Source: Macrostomum lignano
Lineage: Eukaryota
Direction of reading: 5' to 3'
Length of the DNA stretch: 52,934 nucleotides
NCBI GenBank assembly: GCA_002269645.1
Contig: NIVC01000823.1
Coordinates: forward strand, 1-52,934
Shown here: positions 47,721 to 52,934 of the stretch, piece by piece
How the letters are laid out: every line of letters begins with the position of its first letter
Position numbering within the stretch: position 1 is the first letter of the stretch
Made by a program: the position numbers and the translations under genes
The notes under the pieces: model-generated
The model's database searches: none
Seen by the model: the letters and a program-made list of their open reading frames with translations, nothing else
What the model was told of the DNA's origin: nothing

Positions 47721-48554
47721 CCCTTGCTCTGAACAGAATTTACTTTCGCCGCACGCATACAGATGGAAAAGCGCCGTTGCTGTACAAAGCCAAAAGCAAC
47801 TTATCCAGCCACGTTTTCTTTTCAGTCTCAAAGGCGCCACAGAGACATCAAAGGCGCTCAGCTCGCACCTGCGTTATCAAAAGCTACAACAGCGGCAGCA
47901 GCGGCAGGCTGGAAACAGAATAGCATAATAATTACTCTGTTTATATAAAATCTGCTGTCACTCTCCTCTCCATCGAAAATATGATGAAGGTGCGTCGAAC
48001 AGATTTTTGTTTCTTTAGAGAAAAAGCATCGCCCTCCTCCTGTCTTTCTTTATGCTCGCTCGCTTGCCCGAGCTGGGAGGAAAGCGAAAGGCGAGCGGGG
48101 CTCCCAGAGGGCCAGAGAGGGAGGCTCGCAGCATCTCTTGCTCTCTCACTGCGACTGCCTTCTGGGCAATGTACTTAACAGATCGACAAAGCCTGAAATC
48201 TCTGCTCTTTGCTCTACTTCGTCTCTTGCCTCTAACCCCTCATCCACCTGACCTGCTCTCTCAGCTGGGATTTTCCCGTGTCCCGCCAGCTGCCCGAATC
48301 AGTTAGCAATTTTACTTGCACGGCGAACCGGATTAGATAAAAAATGGGAGGAAAAGATAAACAAACCACTCAGCTTGTCTCTAGCAGGTTGCTATTTAAC
48401 AATCTTTTTTCTTTGCTAATTGAGAAACCTGAGCAACAGGTGACACAGGTAACGGTTAAGAGGCTTTCTAATCTTATCGGCACAGATAATTTAGCTTAAT
48501 ATATTTGAAAATTGATGTAGAATTTGTGAAGTTTGAGAAGATTATGTAGAGGTC

Positions 48555-49757
48555 AAGTGATTCTACCTAGCCTGGTCAATAAGCGGCATGGTCGATAGAA
48601 ACGTCTCGATAAGGACAGAGTGGGTGAAGCAATGTACATTGAAGTTCTATCTAGCCTGGTCAATAAGCGGCATGGTCGATAGAAACGTCTCGATAAGGAC
48701 AGAGTGGGTGAAGCAATGTACATTGAAGTTCTATCTAGCCTGGTCAATAAGCGGCATGGTCGATAGAAACGTCTCGATAAGGACAGAGTGGGTGAAGCAA
48801 TGTGCATTGTAGTTCTATCTAGCCTGGTCAATAAGCGGCATGGTCGATAGAAACGTCTCGATAAGGACAGAGTGGGTGAAGCAATGTGCATTGTAGTTCT
48901 ATCTAGCCTGGTCAATAAGCGGCATGGTCGATAGAAACGTCTCGATAAGGACAGAGTGGATAAAGCAATGTACATTGAAGTTCTATCTAGCCTGGTCAAT
49001 AAGCGGCATGGTCGATAGAAACGTCTCGATAAGGGCAGAGTGGGTGAAGCAATGTACATTGAATTTCTATCTAGCCTGGTCAATAAGCGGCATGGTCGAT
49101 AGAAACGTCTCGATAAGGACAGAGTGGGTGAAGCAATGTACATTGAAGTTCTATCTAGCCTGGTCAATAAGCGGCATGGTCGATAGAAACGTCTCGATAA
49201 GGACAGAGTGGGTGAAGCAATGTGCATTGTAGTTCTATCTAGCCTGGTCAATAAGCGGCATGGTCGATAGAAACGTCTCGATAAGGACAGAGTGGGTGAA
49301 GCAATGTACATTGAAGTTCTATCTAGCCTGGTCAATAAGCGGCATGGTCGATAGAAACGTCTCGATAAGGGCAGAGTGGGTGAAGCAATGTACATTGAAT
49401 TTCTATCTAGCCTGGTCAATAAGCGGCATGGTCGATAGAAACGTCTCGATAAGGACAGAGTGGGTGAAGCAATGTACATTGAAGTTCTATCTAGCCTGGT
49501 CAATAAGCGGCATGGTCGATAGAAACATCTCGATAAGGACAGAGTGGGTGAAGCAATGTACATTGAAGTTCTATCTAGCCTGGTCAATAAGCGGCATGGT
49601 CGATAGAAACGTCTCGATAAGGACAGAGTGGGTGAAGCAATGTACATTGAATTTCTATCTAGCCTGGTCAATAAGCGGCATGGTCGATAGAAACGTCTCG
49701 ATAAGGACAGAGTGGGTGAAGCAATGTACATTGAAGTTCTATCTAGCCTGGTCAATA
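48555..49757. repeat. 84-bp minisatellite, about 14 copies
   Basis: Identical register at 48901, 49321 and 49741 (420 = 5x84). Confidence 0.96.
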
Positions 49758-50171
49758 AAAGATATGGTTGCAATTACAAGGAACTCAAGGTGAGTAGTAA
49801 TGGACACAATCTGAATCAAGTATTGACTCATTGCTGTAAATTTATCATGCATGAAGAGCTCAAATTCGTTGAGGACAAGCAGACTGAAAGCTTGCATGAC
49901 AGGAGCTGTGGAGTCATGAACGATCTACAGAGCAGAGGCCAGCATTTTCAACAGTTCAGCAGGGTATTGCTGGTGTTTTTTGACAGGTAAATCAAAATCA
50001 AATCGGAGTTTGCACGCGAAATAATTTTGAAAGGTTAGAAATAAAGACGGCATCGCCCTCCGCTGGGATTCTGCCTCACCGGAGTAGCACTAGCAATGCC
50101 GCACTTCATCATTTTTCTAGGCTCTAAATAAAAGCTGGGCTTTTTATGGCTGCACTGCTGGCGTCATTCAA

Positions 50172-52934
50172 TCAGGTCTGAACAGTTGAATGGGGAGAGT
50201 TTTCCACTCCTGAACTCCTGGTGCTTAAAGGCATATTCGCACGTTCCGCTGACTCCTGAGCCACATGCAAGCGCGCCAATACTGTACGCAGGCCCGCACT
50301 CAGAAAAACAGGGTATACAGCAACCTTTCTAATCGTCAGGCACTGTACACTCTGTGCCTTAGGGATTGGCTCTCTGTGCCTTAGGGATTGGCTCTCTGTG
50401 CCTTAGGGATTGGCTCTCTGTGCCTTAGGGATTGGCTCTCTGTGCCTTAGGGATTGGCTCTCTGTGCCTTAGGGATTGGCTCTCTGTGCCTTAGGGATTG
50501 GCTCTCTGTGCCTTAGGGATTGGCTCTCTGTGCCTTAGGGATTGGCTCTCTGTGCCTTAGGGATTGGCTCTCTGTGCCTTAGGGACTGGCTCTTTGTGCC
50601 CTAGGGATTGGCTCTCTGTGCCTTAGGGATTGGCTCTCTGTGCCTTAGGGATTGGCTCTCTGTGCCTTAGGGATTAGCTCTCTGTGCCTTAGGGATTGGA
50701 TGTGAAACGCACGAGATGCCGCCTATCTTGCCAAGAAAACCAAGGAGTGTCCATCTCTGGTTAAGCAGCGCTGACCGCGGTTAGTACACTGAACGAGTGA
50801 CAGTTTAAACCGAGACCTGAAATTTATCCTGCACTCAAACCCCTCCAGACCAGTTAGCAATAAACTGTGTGTGCTCAGTGTACTCACTTTCACCGGCATT
50901 ATTCATATCCTCGTCAGTTTCGAAGAGGCCCAACTGATCCTGCTGGTCTGGCAGAGCTTCGGGCACGTCGGCAGCGACTTCGGGGCCGCAGAACAGAGTT
51001 GGACTCTGGCACATAGAGTGAGTCACCTGCAGTGCACATTAGTAAGCTCAAGGTGAGTCAGTTGGTGAAGTGTCTGGTTGGTGGAGTGTCAGGTTGGTGA
51101 AGTGTCTGGTTGGTGGAGTGTCAGGTTGGTGAAGTGTCTGGCTGGTGAAGTGTCTGGTTGGTGAAGTGTCAGGTTGGTGAAGTGTCCGGTTGGTGAAGTG
51201 TCCGGTTGGTGAAGTGTCAGGTTGGTGAAGTGTCAGGTTGGTGAAGTGTCTGGTTGGTGAAGTGTCTGGTTGGTGAAGTGTCTGGTTGGTGAAGTGTCTG
51301 GTTGGTGAAGTGTCTGGTTGGTGAAGTGTCTGGTTGTTGAAGTGTCAGGTTGGTCAAATGTCTGGTTGGTGAAGTGTCTGTTTGGTGAAGTGTCAGGTTG
51401 GTGAAGTGTCAGGTTGGTGAAGTGTCTGGTTGGTGAAGTGTCTGGTTCGTGAAGTGTCTGGTTGGTGAAGTGTCTGGTTGGTGAAGTGTCAGGTTGGTGA
51501 AGTGTCAGGTTGGTGAAGTGTCAGGTTGGTGAAGTGTCTGTTTGGTGAAGTGTCTGGTTGGTGAAGTGTCTGTTTGGTGAAGTGTCTGGTGGTTGGTGAA
51601 GTGTCTGTTTGGTGAAGTGTCTGGTTGGTGAAGTGTCAGGTTGGTGAAGTGTCAGGTTGTTGAAGTGTCAGGTTGGTGAAGTGTCTGGTTGGTGAAGTGT
51701 CTGGTTGGTGAAGTGTCAGGTTGTTGAAGTGTCAGGTTGGTGAAGTGTCTGGTTGGTGAAGTGTCTGGTTGGTGAAGTGTCTGGTTGGTGAAGTGTCTGG
51801 TTGGTGAAGTGTCTGGTTCGTGAAGTGTCTGGTTGGTGAAGTGTCTGGTTGGTGAAGTGTCTGGTTGTGGTTGGTGAAGTGTCAGGTTGGTGAAGTGTCA
51901 GGTTGGTGAAGTGTCAGGTTGGTGAAGTGTCAGGTTGGTGAAGTGTCTGGTTGGTGAAGGCACCAGCTGTTAGAACAGTTCATCATATAAAACTCCTATA
52001 TAGCACTCAACTGACCTGAATTTCCGGAATGGCGGCGCCCCCAGCGGAAGAGTTCAGCTGCTCAGCGTACGAGGCGGAGCAGCTGACGGAAGTTTGACCA
52101 CCAAACTGGCCGCCGTAGCCGCCAAGGCTCAGACGGATCATGTCGTCTTGAGGCAGCGGCTGCTGATACTGCTGGAACTGCATCGCACTGCTGCTGCTGG
52201 AGATTCAATGGCATCATGATCTGCTGGCTGCGGGTGCTGCTGATGCTGCCAGTCGGTGCTCTGCTGCTCCGCCGTTGGTGAGCACCGCTGAAGCCGCTCA
52301 GCAATGTTCGTGTCCGACGAGGCGCGCCTCGGCTGCGGAAAAATCGGCAGCCTCTGCGAATCGTCGTCCAGAAGCAGCTGGGACGACTCTGGCTGATTCT
52401 GCGACTGCTGATGGCTGGAGCGCGTGGCGGTGGTGCTGGGCTCGGTAGTGCAGCGGCTGCAAGCTCTGCTGATCGTTCACGGCAGTCAGAGAGCCGGGAA
52501 GAAGCGTCCCTAGTCGGGTGATAGGGATGCGACCGCTGCACACGGGACATCACCATGTCGCGTACGCGCCGCTTCGGCGTACACTGAGTCGAAGAAGTGT
52601 ACATCGGGCCGCCGGCGCCGGTGCCACTAGGGTAGCCAGTGACCTGCGGCGCCGGCGCTAGCATACTGAAGGCTGAAACCAGCGGCAGGAGGGACATCCG
52701 GTGAGGGTGGAGGCGGCGTGCAGCTCACATTGCAGTTGGAGCCGCCGTAGTGGCCGCTAGCTGGAAAATGGCTGCCAGCGATGGCAGCGGCGGCAGCAGC
52801 AGCAGCTGCAGCATTGGTGGAGTACCAGCCACCTGCAGCGATGGGCACAGGCGAGCTTGTGTGTTGACCTCGCTGCACCAGTGGCAGCGGCACCAGCAGA
52901 GGCAACAACAGTGTTTGCTATTATTAGCAGCAGC
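50172..52934 (-). CDS. 3' part of an unidentified Q/S/P/A-rich protein gene; candidate exons >52934-52729, 52643-52016 (frame-disrupted), 51026-50888, 50281-50172
   Basis: GC-rich coding-like sequence. An 85-nt GTGAGC...GCAG intron (52728-52644) explains one frame change. Junctions IPEIQ|VTHSM (phase 0) and NNAGE|ILARLH (phase 1) are GT-AG and in phase. The 628-nt middle exon has a net 1-nt frame offset. No family recognised. Confidence 0.5.
50355..50698. repeat. 22-bp minisatellite (CTCTGTGCCTTAGGGATTGGCT)n
   Basis: Read directly. Confidence 0.95.
51058..51958. repeat. 16-bp minisatellite (GGTTGGTGAAGTGTCT/A)n filling intron 51027-52015
   Basis: Read directly. Confidence 0.95.

Noticed and set aside
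48553-49990. 406-aa ORF of 28-aa repeats and adjacent short ORFs; also a CRISPR-like appearance
   Set aside because: A 28-codon unit is open in one or two of six frames by chance. There are no unique spacers and no recognisable domain.
50355-50698. TTAGGG in each 22-bp unit as an interstitial telomere
   Set aside because: Single hexamers separated by 16 unrelated bases, not tandem telomeric repeats.

Overview
Eukaryotic (animal) genomic DNA. Short GC-rich exons are separated by introns and intergenic DNA, and roughly 45% of the window (hand estimate) is micro- and minisatellite. That style fits a flatworm such as Macrostomum, but the taxon is an inference. Most ORFs in the supplied track are repeat artefacts. 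Three spliced minus-strand genes were recognised from remembered human homologues, with exon phases checked by hand: a C12orf56/DUF4551-like gene (5451-13550, 6 exons), Frizzled-5/8 (17250-27855, 4 exons, no ATG in the first recognisable exon) and PYROXD1 (39149 to about 44178, 4 exons, 5' end unresolved). A fourth, unidentified low-complexity gene runs off the right edge and has frame disruptions. The most interesting locus is a head-to-head pair of intronless genes (2405-3594 minus, 4062-5117 plus), each encoding a signal peptide plus Arg/His-rich tandem repeats. The minus-strand gene only appears after restoring one missing base at 3342-3344. Also present are a tRNA-derived CORE-type SINE with a (TCTG)n tail, a 164-bp hAT-type MITE with an 8-bp target-site duplication, and about 30 distinct tandem arrays. 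No database searches were run.
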